From Octopus bimaculoides (taxonomy: Eukaryota), in contig NC_068997.1 in the NCBI RefSeq assembly GCF_001194135.2, forward strand, positions 27,675,893 through 27,739,892: a stretch of DNA of 64,000 nt. The letters are read 5' to 3'. Each line of letters opens with the position of its first letter. Within the stretch, counting starts at the first letter, position 1. The notes under the pieces are model-generated. The model had not been told where the DNA came from. It searched no databases and saw only the letters and a list, made by a program, of their open reading frames with translations. This document shows positions 51,650 to 63,569 of the stretch, in pieces. The position numbers were made by a program, and so were the translations under genes.

Positions 51650-52060
51650 AGCTGGGTTCCAACATGGGTGGTAGCAACAAAGTCTACCTGCCACACTTGT
51701 TGGTCCATCACCACTGCCTTGAGGTCCTGGATACATTCCAGGCCAGTGTCTGCAGTCAAGTTGTTAATGTAAGTGTGATGATGTTTTCCTCTTCTTACAT
51801 TACCATAAAGTGGGTTCCCCAAAACTAATTTGGATGTTTCCTGTTCAGAGTTGCACAGTGACCAGATAGTCACAGCCGCCTTTGCCCAATCTTTTCGCTA
51901 ACATTCAGCAGGTCCTCATAAAGGCATTCATTTGTCATATGTTGATGCCATTTCACATTTAAGGCCATTCTAGCATCCATTTAGCCGATTTGATAATTTC
52001 TTTGTCGGTGTCCATGTTGCACTGCCATGTAATATTAATCTACTGCTGCTTCTGTTGCAT
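51650..52060 (-). mobile_element. C-terminal fragment of a second RTE-like LINE lineage
   Basis: Minus-strand RMALNVKWHQHMTNECLY, EKIGQRRL and SKLVLGNPLYGNVRRGKHHHTYINNLTADTGLECIQDLKAVVMDQQVW. Confidence 0.6.
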
Positions 52061-52378
52061 AATTTGAATTTCAGACGATTTAATTCGACTTAAGTTATTT
52101 TTTTATTTAAGTCGTGTCTCCTAGAACGACGTAGGGTGAAGTATGCCTATACATGAAACACATAATACATAATAAATACATATTTTGGCACATGCATATT
52201 TCTCTCACTCTTATCCCCCCTCTTTCTCTCTCTCCTTCTCCCTCTGTATATATTTGTGTGTGTTTGTGTGAATGTGTGTTTGTATGTGTATGTTTGTGCA
52301 TATGTGTGTGCGTGTGTATGTAAATCTATATCTATTTATTCCTTCCTCCTTCCCTTTTTCTCTCTCTCTTCCTCACTT

Positions 52379-52422
<44 letters not shown>

Positions 52423-52432
52423 NNNNNNNNNN

Positions 52433-52478
<46 letters not shown>

Positions 52479-53274
52479 GAATCTACATATACTTGTGCAT
52501 GTACATGTACACATGTGTTATGTATAGCAATATATATACACACACACATATATATGCACATATATATACACCAATGCTATTTTGCACCAACTGCACAATG
52601 CATTATCTTCCCATTCATCACATTCAGCAAATTAAAAGACAATACATAAAGAGAATTCTTAATGCAGTAACTGTACGTTGAGGTGCAGGGATAGAGTTGT
52701 GGTTCAATTTAGATTATGCATTCATAGCACTTGCTGCAGTTAGTCTTCTCTTTACATACATACTCAGCTCTGTAGATGTGTATGAATATGACCATGTATG
52801 TGTGTGCGTGTGTGTGTGCGTGTACATATGTGTTTGTGTGTATGCGTTTGTGTGTATGCGTTTGTGTGTGTAATGTGTGTCTGTGAGTAATTTTTTTACC
52901 TGTGCATCAGTATATATATAAATATATATATATGTATTATATGTATATGTGTTTGTGTGTGTGTGTGTATGTATATATATATATATATATATNNNNNNNN
53001 NNNNNNNNNNNNNNNNNNNNNNNNNNNNNNNNNNNNNNNNNNNNNNNNNNNNNNNNNNNNNNNNNNNNNNNNNNNNNNNNNNNNNNNNNNNNNNNNNNNN
53101 NNNNNNNNNNNNNNNNNNNNNNNNNNNNNNNNNNNNNNNNNNNNNNNNNNNNNNNNNNNNNNNNNNNNNNNNNNNNNNNNNNNNNNNNNNNNNNNNNNNN
53201 NNNNNNNNNNNNNNNNNNNNNNNNNNNNNNNNNNNNNNNNNNNNNNNNNNNNNNNNNNNNNNNNTATATATATG

Positions 53275-53745
53275 CATGCAGGAATGGCTGTGTGGTAAAA
53301 AGCTTGCTTCCCAACCACATGGTTTCAGGCTCAGTTCCAGTGCTTAGCACCTTGGGCAAGTGTTTTTTACTATAGTCGCTGTCCAATCAAAGCTTTGTGA
53401 GTGGATTTGGTAGACAGAAACTGAAAGAAGCTCATTGCATCTATCTATCTATCTATCTATTGATCGATCTATGTATGTATGTATATATATATACAGTATA
53501 TATATATATATATATGTATATTTGTGTGTGGATCTTTGTGTCTGTGTTTATCACTCCACCATCACTTGACAACCAATGTTGGTGTGTTTATGTACCCGTA
53601 ACTTAGCAGTTTGGCAAAAGAAACTGATAGAATAAGTACTAGGCCTACAAAGAATAAGTCCTGAGGTTGATTTCTTCAACTAAAACTCTTTAAGGAGGTG
53701 CTCCAGCATGGCTGCAGTCAAATGACTGAAACGTGTAAAATAATA
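53275..53745 (+). mobile_element. Family A SINE, full length
   Basis: Head ggctgtgtggtaaaaagcttgcttcccaaccacatgg, microsatellite linker and tail. Partial copies also at about 1990-2130 (+), 5035-5175 (-), 7845-8000 (-), 13930-14030 (+), 22940-23105 (-), 32530-32700 (-), 43040-43262 (+), 49510-49725 (+) and 57992-58157 (+). Confidence 0.85.
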
Positions 53746-53788
53746 ATAATAATGATAATAATAATAATAATAGCATGTGTATGTGTGT

Positions 53789-53888
53789 ATAAGTTGAATA
53801 AAGTTAAAACTGTCTGGTTTTCACGTTTTTTATTATGGTATTATAAAAAAACATGAAAACCAGACTGTTTTAACTTTATTTAACTTAT
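53789..53888. repeat. 100-bp hairpin (about 45-bp arms, short loop)
   Basis: ataagttgaataaagttaaaactgtctggttttcacgttttttat versus ataaaaaaacatgaaaaccagactgttttaactttatttaacttat: 3 substitutions and 1 indel. Confidence 0.9.
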
Positions 53889-53920
53889 GTATTATTCTAT
53901 ACACATTCACACAAATTCTA

Positions 53921-53954
<34 letters not shown>

Positions 53955-53956
<2 letters not shown>

Positions 53957-54243
53957 TAGGGTTTTCGAGCAAGATCGTTGCCAGTGCCCCTGGACTGGCT
54001 CTTGTGCGGGTGGCACATAAAAGACACCATTTCGAGCGTGGTCGTTTTCGTGTGGGTGACACGTAAAAGCACCCACTACACTCTCTGAGTGGTTGGCGTT
54101 AGGAAGGGCATCCAGCTGTAGAAACTCTGCCAAATCAGATTGGAGCCTGGTGTTGCCATCCGGTTTCACCAGTCCTCAGTCAAATCGTCCAACCCATGCT
54201 AGCATGGAGAGCGGACGTTAAACGATGATGATGATGATGATGA
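53955..54243 (+). mobile_element. Young RTE 3' UTR-derived copy with (GAT)n tail
   Basis: Near-consensus tggttggcgttaggaagggcatccagctgtagaaac ... ggacgttaaacgatgatgatgatg. Confidence 0.8.
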
Positions 54244-56471
54244 TATATACATATACACGAAGTGTCCATAAATTACCATTACAATTTGAAAAATTCAGAA
54301 AAAAATGGTAGTCTGTCAGTTATGTTTGCGAGTATGCATGTTTAGAGGCATGTGCGTATGTGTGTGTGTGTGTGTATTCCTCTACACAACTATTTGACTT
54401 GAGGCGCTCAGCATCAAATTGGTTAACAAACTCTCGAGCATGTTTATTTAATAAAACATTTATAAATGGAAAACTGCAACTAAGTTACAAGCAAGTATTC
54501 AAAAATCCTCTTGGCAATCACCTACATCAATATCATTGCTAGGATCACAGTTATCATCACTAGCATTATCACCATCGTCATCCACCCCACCGCATCCACC
54601 CCACCACATCCACCCCACCGCATCCACCTCCTCCTTTTCTTGTCATTGTCGTCGTCGTCGTCGTCATCATCGTCATCGTCATCGTGGTCGTCATCATTGT
54701 AATTGCTATTTTTGTTGTTCTTGTTGTTGTCATCATTGTCCTTGTCTCGCTATTTTCAGACATATTTATTTATGGAAACTTGCTCAGTGAGAAGTATAGA
54801 ATTGGAGGTCGGGAGTTCAAAAGATGAGAGTTCAAATCATATTTTAAATGCAAATGTATAGACTAATATATCTGCCAATATCCAGTTATTTTTACATTTG
54901 TTATGCAGCGTCTTGTTATTTTTTGTTTTTGTTTAAGATTGTAACCTATACTCAGAGTCTCCCTTGTTGAAAGACTAAAATATATTCCAGTGTAAACAAT
55001 ATTGAAATATAAATCAATGTAAACAATATGTGTGTATTCTAAATATCTGGTATGATTGTTTTAATGTAACTATATGTATGGATATCATCATCACCATCGT
55101 CACCATCATCATCACCACCACCACTAACATCAGCACCAACACCATAAAATCTTCATCGTCATCACTACTACCATTTAATGTCCATTTCCATGCCGGCATG
55201 CGTTAGATGGTTTGGCAGAAGATGCTGGGCTCGAGGATTGCACCAATCTTAACTGTCAGCTTAGGCATGGTTTCTACAACTGGATGCTCTTTTTAATGCC
55301 AACCATTTTACAGAGTGTACTGGGTGCTTTTTACATGGCACCAGCAGCAGTGGAGTTACCAAGTAACTTGCAAGAGAAAAAACCCTCAACAGAGGAACTG
55401 TGGAGTAACGTTGAGTGAGCTAGCTCTGAAGTATACTGTGTTTTTAACACTATATATCTTCCCAGACAAAAAGAAACCATGGTCGTAATGTTTAACAACA
55501 CGCATGTGTTATATGTAGGATATTGATAATGTTTATATTGAAAATATATTTGCATAATTCCCAATCTCATCTTGCATTTTCAAGATCTCTCTTTGAAATG
55601 AATAGGATCAGTGGGCCACTAATTCACTTCCGTACCAATTTACTGTTGGAGTTGACTCTTTTAGCCTTCACTTCTTCACAGACAGCGAGCATTTATGCTC
55701 AAAGTAATCTCTACCTATTCGGAAAACCTTCCAAAGTCTGCCCATTCTTGATTACCCACGCACTTAGTCTTACTTCTAGTGTAGCTGTGGACACAGTAGT
55801 GTCGCCTCCTAGAGGTATACTTTAACAACAACCAAAAGATATCATACATGCTGTACACTTCCCTAGAATTAATAAGTCCCTAGCATGGTATTGCTACATA
55901 GTCATTGATTCTACCCTGGGGGGAAGTGTGTGTGTGTGGGTCACCTGATTTTTAACAGGTCTTGTTATAGATCTGCTGGGACTTTGGTAAATCTATTCAC
56001 AATGCAAGTCTGATGGTGACAGTGGTGGAGACATTGTTTTTTGAGAACAATGACTTAAAAATGTAACTGATTGTATCAGACTACATGTTACGAGTTGCAC
56101 TTGTGAGAGACCTGTATACATAAATACATGCATACATAAATATACTTATAAATATATATATGTATATATATACATACATACACATATACATATACACACA
56201 CACACGAGTATACTTATATAACTGTATATATATATAAATATATTACATATAAACACACATAAACACGTACACATATATATCACATATATATGCATGCATA
56301 CGTATTTGTGTGGGTGTTTGTATATGTCTCTGGGTGTGTATGTGCTTTATAGGATATCAATAACATATCTTGACTGTAACATAACCTAATGAATATGTAA
56401 TAGAATATTAAAAGAGCAGCATCTACACATGCATACAAACATACATAAATATATATATATACACATACACA

Positions 56472-56528
<57 letters not shown>

Positions 56529-57099
56529 NNNNNNNNNNNNNNNNNNNNNNNNNNNNNNNNNNNNNNNNNNNNNNNNNNNNNNNNNNNNNNNNNNNNNNNN
56601 NNNNNNNNNNNNNNNNNNNNNNNNNNNNNNNNNNNNNNNNNNNNNNNNNNNNNNNNNNNNNNNNNNNNNNNNNNNNNNNNNNNNNNNNNNNNNNNNNNNN
56701 NNNNNNNNNNNNNNNNNNNNNNNNNNNNNNNNNNNNNNNNNNNNNNNNNNNNNNNNNNNNNNNNNNNNNNNNNNNNNNNNNNNNNNNNNNNNNNNNNNNN
56801 NNNNNNNNNNNNNNNNNNNNNNNNNNNNNNNNNNNNNNNNNNNNNNNNNNNNNNNNNNNNNNNNNNNNNNNNNNNNNATGTATATATGTATGTATATGTC
56901 TATATGTATAGTTGTATGTATATATGTATGTATATATGTGCGTATAGATATTGAATCAAGTGATTTATGGTGAATATAAATATATGCTTGCTGCAATCCA
57001 AAATCAATAACAATATCGAGTTGGAGTCAGGGCATTGGTGAAAAACTGACAGACTGTGAGAGGAGACTTTAAGGTTTTAAAGACTTCAATTGTAGACCA

Positions 57100-57358
57100 G
57101 TAGATGGTGGTGGGGATGGTGGTGGGGATGGTGGTGATGGTGGTGGTGAAGATGTCAATGGTGGTGATGGCGGTTGTGGTGATGATAGCAACAGAGTGAC
57201 CGTGGTGTTGGTGGTGGTGGTGGTGGTGATCATATCTGTAACTATCTCTGGAAGCACATTCATACTGAATCTTTGAAGACTGCTCATGCCATCAATCAAA
57301 GAAGACACTACTACTACTACTACTACTACTACTACCGCTACTGCTGCTACTACTACTA

Positions 57359-57402
<44 letters not shown>

Positions 57403-57630
57403 ACTACTACTACTACTACTACTACAGCAGCAACAGCAGCAGCAGTAGCACAACTACCACCTCTCTCAATGCTACTATCACCACTACTACTAATACTGCC
57501 ATCCACCTCCACTGCCACTACTACCAACACTACTACCCACCAACACCAGCAATAACACTACCACTAATACCACCACTGCCACCCCTCTACTACAACTACT
57601 ACTATCCACTACCACCTTACTACTACTACT
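57100..57630. repeat. Compound trinucleotide repeats: (GGT)n block, then (CTA)n-(CTG)n-(CTA)n-(CAG)n and (CCA/CTA)n
   Basis: Direct reading of the sequence. Confidence 0.9.
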
Positions 57631-58574
57631 ACTTGTAGTAATGTTTGTAGAGGGAGGGAGGGGGATGCACTTAATTACATTGACATTCATCCACCCCTCA
57701 CCCCAATATTTTGTTGGTAAATATTCTAACCTTGGAAGACGAAAAGGTTAAGTTGATTCCTACAGAGATTTGAACTGTGAACACAAAGCGTCATAGCTAA
57801 ACACCATGCAACAGCTTTTCTACTTCTCTATCAAACCTGCTGTATCTATCATCCTATCAACTATAGTTTCAAAGTTTGGCACAATGCCAGCAATTTTTCT
57901 GAGGAGGGGTAAATCAATTACAGTGACTTCAGTACTTGACCTTGGCAGAGCTTGAACTCAGAATGTAAAGCGCCAGAAGAATTGTCTCTTATAGGCGTAG
58001 GAGTGGCTGTGTGGTAAGTAGCTTGCTTACCAACCACATGGTTCCAGGTTCAGTCCCACTGCGTGGCATCTTAGGCAAGTGTCTTCTACTATAGCCTCGG
58101 GCCGACCAAAGTCTTATGAGTGGATTTGGTAGACAGAAACTGAAAGAAGCCTGTCGTATATATGTATATATATATACTGAAATAAAATTTGAGAAATGGT
58201 GTGATGATGTGTAGCAGGTTACAAAAATTGAGATATTTCCATCCTAATCTATAGTTTTATTTTCCATTCTTCATCAAACTTTCTTCAGTTGTCACTTGCG
58301 TCTAACACCACGACCACCACCATGACTAACACCACTACCACTACCACCACACTCACTACCACTGTCACCACCACTGTCACCACCACTGCCACCACCACTG
58401 CTGTCCCTCCCCCACCACCACCCTCAACATCATCACTTCTATCACAACTACCACTATAATCAATGTTACCATCACTGTACCAGTCAACTTACAACTGCAT
58501 CCATCACCCAGCATCACTACCAACAGTTGTTACTGACAACTTGGTGATTTGTGGACTATGATCAGTGACAACCT

Positions 58575-58790
58575 TATTGATCTTGTATCTATTACTGACA
58601 GCTAGGTGGACTGGTGGACTGTGGTCAGAGTCTGAGCCACATTGATCATGTATCTATTACTGACAGCTTGTTGAACTGATTGGTGGACTGTAGTCTACGA
58701 CTCACATTAATCTTGTATGTATTACTGACAGCTAAGTAGACTTATTGGTTGACTTTAGTCTGTGATTGAGCTATATTGATCAGGTAGGTA
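58575..58790. repeat. About 65-bp tandem array, 3 full units and a partial fourth
   Basis: attgatcttgtatctattactgacagct recurs at about 58577, 58641 and 58706, partially at 58775. Confidence 0.85.
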
Positions 58791-59020
58791 CCTATTAAGG
58801 AGTATTAAGTTAAGTGAGATAATGTAGAATAACGTGCTCTGCCTGCAAAGACAGTCAAATACCTGAGAAATAAACCTGATGTCACAATACGCAAATAGGC
58901 AACTCTATATAATCTCACTTTTAATGCAGCCGCTGACAAGTGAGAACCTCACTGTGTTACCTTGCAGTACCTTGTACCTTCTTACAGCTAAATAGATTGA
59001 GTTTGTGATAGCAAAGTGCC

Positions 59021-60155
59021 TCAGCCACTGAAAGGTACATGTGCAGGTGGGTGTGTAGGTGGTTGTAAAGGATCAAAAGTGGGCGTGGCTGGGGTGTCAT
59101 CAAAGGGTATGGAAACTACAAAATGTGCCTCTTTGAGTCTGTCAACTGACATGGTCTCTGCCCGACCACTGATGCTGAGACTAAAAGTTTTGGGTGTGTG
59201 TGATAGCATACAAAACAGTCCCTGATAGGGAATCATCCCGAACAAAAACATGAGTCCATTTGTTAATGTCTGGTGGGACGTGAGAGGGAATAGATTGGTC
59301 ACACAGATGCATGGGTGGAAGACTTGAGAAATACGAGCGAAGTCTGGTGACATACGATGTTGGATCAGGATGCAATGAATTGTCTGGTGCTAACATTGTA
59401 CCAGGAAGTGCTGGGGTAATATCGTAAAGGAGTTCGGCGGACAAGAATCCTAAGTCTGTCATAACAGCAGTGCGACAACCAAGAAGAACGATAGGCAGGA
59501 ATTCTGTCCAAGATTGCGGATCAGGAGTGGCGCGTAGAGCGGTCTTCAGTTGCCTGTGAAAACGTTCGACCATCCCATTGGAAGCTGGATGGTAGCTGGT
59601 CATACGAATGTGATGAACACCAAGGATTCGTGATAATTCATGAAATAAGGAAGCTTCGAACTGGTGTCCATGGTCAGTGGTTATTTTAGCTGGAACACCA
59701 AACCAAGCAATCCAATTAGAAATGAAAGCTCGAGCAACTGACTCAGCAGAAATGTCCACTATTGGAATGGCTTCAGGTCAATGAGAGAAACATTCAACAC
59801 ATGTCAATATGTAAGAGAAACTCCGACTGACAGGCCATGGTCCAACCAGATTTATGTGGACAGGGCGAAAGCGAGTCTCCAGCGGAGAAAACTGTCCAAG
59901 AAGAGCGCGAATGTGCCTGTGGATTTTAGAACGCTGGCATTTCACACAAGAGTGTGCCCAAGCAGTGATCATCTGGCACATATTAGGCCAGAAAAACCGA
60001 GCCATAATAAGCTTCACCGAGGCAGCGATGCCAGGATGTAACAGTGAATTCAAGGCATCAAAAATGGAACGCTGGTGATTTTCAGGTACAAACTGTCTGG
60101 GAGATCTCATTCTTGTCTCACACATGGCAATGGCTACCAGTGAGATATCATTCAA
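59021..60155 (-). mobile_element. Ty3/Gypsy LTR retrotransposon integrase remnant (frameshifted)
   Basis: H2C2 region LHPGIAASVKL...FFWPNM...CVKCQR; rve core HINLVGP, WIAWFGVPAKITTDHGHQFEA, TSYHPASNGMVERFHRQLK; C-terminal VSVDRLK-type motif. Split across three ORFs. Confidence 0.9.
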
Positions 60156-61009
60156 AATGGTGCTTGCTTATTGTGCCTCGCTACACATTAATTGATTTTA
60201 CATTCTGTACCCACCAGATGCTAGCATGAATATACTGGGTTGTAATAACAACTGGTTTTTAATATCACTATGCCTAAGCAGAATCATAACACACACACAC
60301 ACATACACAGACACACTCATGTGCATATACATATGTGGCATAATATGTGGTACTGAGATGAATACACCTAATTAAATTTATATTTTCTTGAGAAACCATT
60401 TTAGAAAAAATGAGGAGAAAAACCAAAAAGAACAAATAAGAAAGTAAAACAAAACATTTTTTTTTTCATTTAATAACCAAAGAAAGACAGAATGGAAGAC
60501 AGAACGAAGTAACAGGAATCAGGTGTCAGAAAGTTGTTCAATTATGCAGTCTATTTGTTAAGTGCTTCCATAGTATAAAGTACCAACAATACAGACATCA
60601 TTCTGAAATTCTTTGGAAGTAGAATATCTTCTCCTTTGTAGAATAACTATGGATAAATGGGAGGGAGATGGAGAAAAAAAAATTGAAAAAAGTGAAAGAA
60701 ATTAAATAACAGGAATCAGGTGTTAAAAAATTGCTCAATTTCAGATTAAGTTTATTTACGAAATACTGAAATATTTTTGTGAGAAAAGAACACAATAACA
60801 GTATGTATGTATGTATGTATGTATGTATGTATATAAATTTGTAGTGTAAGGAACTGGCAAGGTCAGGGGCTACACCAGGTTCCAAAGGGTGTTTTGAGTT
60901 GGTTGATCAATGAAATTATTCCATGAGAAATATGTAAACCATAAAAAGTCAGAATGTACCTCTCATACCTCTAGAATTTTTATGCTTTATGTTTATGTGT
61001 ATAGATAAA

Positions 61010-61052
<43 letters not shown>

Positions 61053-61095
61053 GACACACTCATACTACAGACTAAAAGGGTATATATGCTCATAC

Positions 61096-61191
61096 CTTGG
61101 TACTACAGACTAAAAGTGGGAGGGGAACATTGCTCTGATGAAGCGATTGTCCATAGCTATCGACATTAAGGTTAGGTGGTGCTAGAAGTGG
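61096..61191 (-). CDS. Candidate internal coding exon, 96 nt, phase 0-0 (PLLAPPNLNVDSYGQSLHQSNVPLPLLVCSTK), unidentified protein
   Basis: Acceptor atttttctatattag|CCA, donor AAG|GTATGA, open frame, phase-compatible with the 61353-61403 exon across a 161-nt intron. Confidence 0.45.
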
Positions 61192-61352
61192 CTAATATAG
61201 AAAAATCACATAATGAAAGACAAAGGAATAAATTCAGCACTGTACTTCTAATCAAGCACACTATCTAATCTGACAGTGTAAAAGACTTGTACACTGTAAA
61301 TATACACTATGGTACAGTAAATTCAGCATTTTAAATTTAAAATGTGACTTAC

Positions 61353-61403
61353 CATGGATGGTGAAGAGGTGTTGTTGATATGCCATGATTTTATCCCCTG
61401 CTT
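61353..61403 (-). CDS. Candidate coding exon, 51 nt, phase 0-0 (KQGIKSWHINNTSSPSM)
   Basis: Acceptor cctccctttaatggatttcag|AAG, donor ATG|GTAAGT, open frame. An alternative reading uses the ATG at 61386 (MAYQQHLFTIH). Confidence 0.45.
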
Positions 61404-61462
61404 CTGAAATCCATTAAAGGGAGGTCTGTAGTACTAAGGTGTGTGTGTGTGTGTGTGTGTGT

Positions 61463-61822
61463 AATCAAAATAAGTAACAGGATTTCAAGTAGTAATGCAG
61501 TATGACCATTTCAAGCGGCTCCATTTAATTGAACAATGCAATCATTACATCAATTTAAAAACAGGACTATCTTCAGCTGCACAAATATGGAACTTTGACA
61601 GACAAGATACATTAATATAATTTTTCTTAAAAATTTCAACAGAGCAAGAAATATTTAAGAAAAATTACTTTAATGCATCTTGTCTGTTGAAGTTCCATAG
61701 TTGCATAACCAAAAGTAGTGCGGGAATTAAACTGATGTAATGATTGCATTGTGCAATTAAATGAAGCAGCTTGAAATGGTTGCACTGCATTACTACTTGA
61801 AATCGTGTTATTTATTTTGATT
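61463..61822. repeat. 360-bp fold-back palindrome (175-bp arms, 10-nt loop), probably a MITE
   Basis: 61463-61637 pairs with 61648-61822 along its length, with one more diverged patch of about 25 nt. Confidence 0.9.
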
Positions 61823-61835
61823 TTATTCACCTTAC

Positions 61836-61886
61836 TTCAAGCTGTTTGGATAATATGAGACTGAATTGGTGCTTCAACTTAAGTAC
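61836..61886 (-). CDS. Candidate coding exon, 51 nt, phase 0-0 (VLKLKHQFSLILSKQLE)
   Basis: Donor GAA|GTAAGG and an open frame. The acceptor (gaattag) abuts an N-gap, so the pyrimidine tract cannot be seen. Confidence 0.25.
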
Positions 61887-62708
61887 CTAATTCANNNNNN
61901 NNNNNNNNNNNNNNNNNNNNNNNNNNNNNNNNNNNNNNNNNNNNNNNNNNNNNNNNNNNNNNNNNNNNNNNNNNNNNNNNNNNNNNNNNNNNNNNNNNNN
62001 NNNNNNNNNNNNNNNNNNNNNNNNNNNNNNNNNNNNNNNNNNNNNNNNNNNNNNNNNNNNNNNNNNNNNNNNNNNNNNNNNNNNNNNNNNNNNNNNNNNN
62101 NNNNNNNNNNNNNNNNNNNNNNNNNNNNNNNNNNNNNNNNNNNNNNNNNNNNNNNNNNNNNNNNNNNNNNNNNNNNNNNNNNNNNNNNNNNNNNNNNNNN
62201 NNNNNNNNNNNNNNNNNNNNNNNNNNNNNNNNNNNNNNNNNNNNNNNNNNNNNNNNNNNNNNNNNNNNNNNNNNNNNNNNNNNNNNNNNNNNNNNNNNNN
62301 NNNNNNNNNNNNNNNNNNNNNNNNNNNNATATATATATATGTATAGGGCCCCTGAGGGTAATATTCTCTTGGAATGCACAAAAGCTCTTTTCAGAGTTAT
62401 TTACTTTGAATTGTGATTATCTCATATCTCATTAGCTTGTTATTACATAACATGGTTAACGATTTTAGTATACATACCTTATTAGTATTTCCTCCTATGT
62501 TCTATATACTCTGGGAATGCATTAAACCCCTTTTCGGGGCTACTTTATTTGAATTCTTACTATCATGTAACTAATTTCATGTTATTACATAACCTACTTC
62601 ACTGTTTGGGTATTCATAACTTATTGGGAATTCCTAAAAACAAGATCCTGTGTAAGACAGTTCGGTATTCTCTGTAAATACACAAAAAACATTTTAAGGG
62701 CTGCATAC

Positions 62709-62875
62709 TTTGTATTGTTGTTATTGGATCAGCTAGTGTATACATATAATGGTGGTCTGAATATTTCAATCTTAGATGACAAAAGTTATAAGAAAAGAAA
62801 ATTCTGATTATCCCACAGTAAATTTGTCTTGGTGCTATTTTAAAATGTTTTGCAGAAATCTCTTCTAAGATAACA
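62709..62875 (-). CDS. Candidate coding exon, 167 nt (VILEEISAKHFKIAPRQIYCGIIRIFFSYNFCHLRLKYSDHHYMYTLADPITTIQ)
   Basis: Strong acceptor ttttttgttttactttattatag, only one open frame, donor AAA|GTATGC. It ends in phase 1, so joining to 61886 would need another exon inside the 61895-62328 gap. Confidence 0.25.
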
Positions 62876-62913
62876 CTATAATAAAGTAAAACAAAAAAAA
62901 AAACCCTCAAAAT

Positions 62914-62962
<49 letters not shown>

Positions 62963-62964
62963 AT

Positions 62965-62999
<35 letters not shown>

Positions 63000-63569
63000 G
63001 GGAGAGAGAGAGAGAGAGAGAGATTATAAAGAATACTAAACAAAAAGAAAATGTTAGAAAATGTGTAGGAGTTAGAGAATTTGTATAGAAAGAAAAAAGA
63101 AATAATATTTAAAGAGCTTAGTGTAACCTGACCTAGTCAGTCTTTGACAAATTGCTTTGAAACATGAAGAATATTAAACTATAGCAATCTCAGAACTTGA
63201 ATATGGAAACTTTTTTAGTTTTTTAAATTATTTATTATTTTTTTTATTTTGAAAAAATAGAGAAAAACGAAATCAATTCTTCAAACAATAATGACATGAG
63301 ATACTTGTAACAAAATCAATACACACACACACACACACATATATACATATGTATGTATATATGGATATATATTTTCATATATATATATATATAATGATTT
63401 AAAGAAAGAAATAGAGTATTATTTTCCATTATTTATTGTGAACCACTTTATAGTCACTGAAATGATACCTTCTTTTGTTTTTTTAACCTTGAGGAATTGG
63501 TTTCTGTTTAAGTTTAAAAGCTTTGTCTTTGCTTTTGTTACAAATGCAAATTAAACCTTGTAAAGCTAA

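Noticed and set aside
57992-58070. tRNA-like sequence with A and B boxes
   Set aside because: It is the head of the family A SINE, continuing into the SINE core, with many dispersed copies; not a tRNA gene.
58575-58790. CRISPR-like appearance (conserved ~28-nt core plus ~36-nt variable part)
   Set aside because: The 'spacers' are clearly related to one another, there are no cas genes and the context is animal DNA; it is a decayed tandem repeat.
61636-61830. Protein-like ORF (NNTISSSNAVQPFQAASF...) with a donor-like AAA|GTAATT
   Set aside because: It lies entirely in one arm of the 360-bp palindrome, so it is more simply repeat sequence than an exon.
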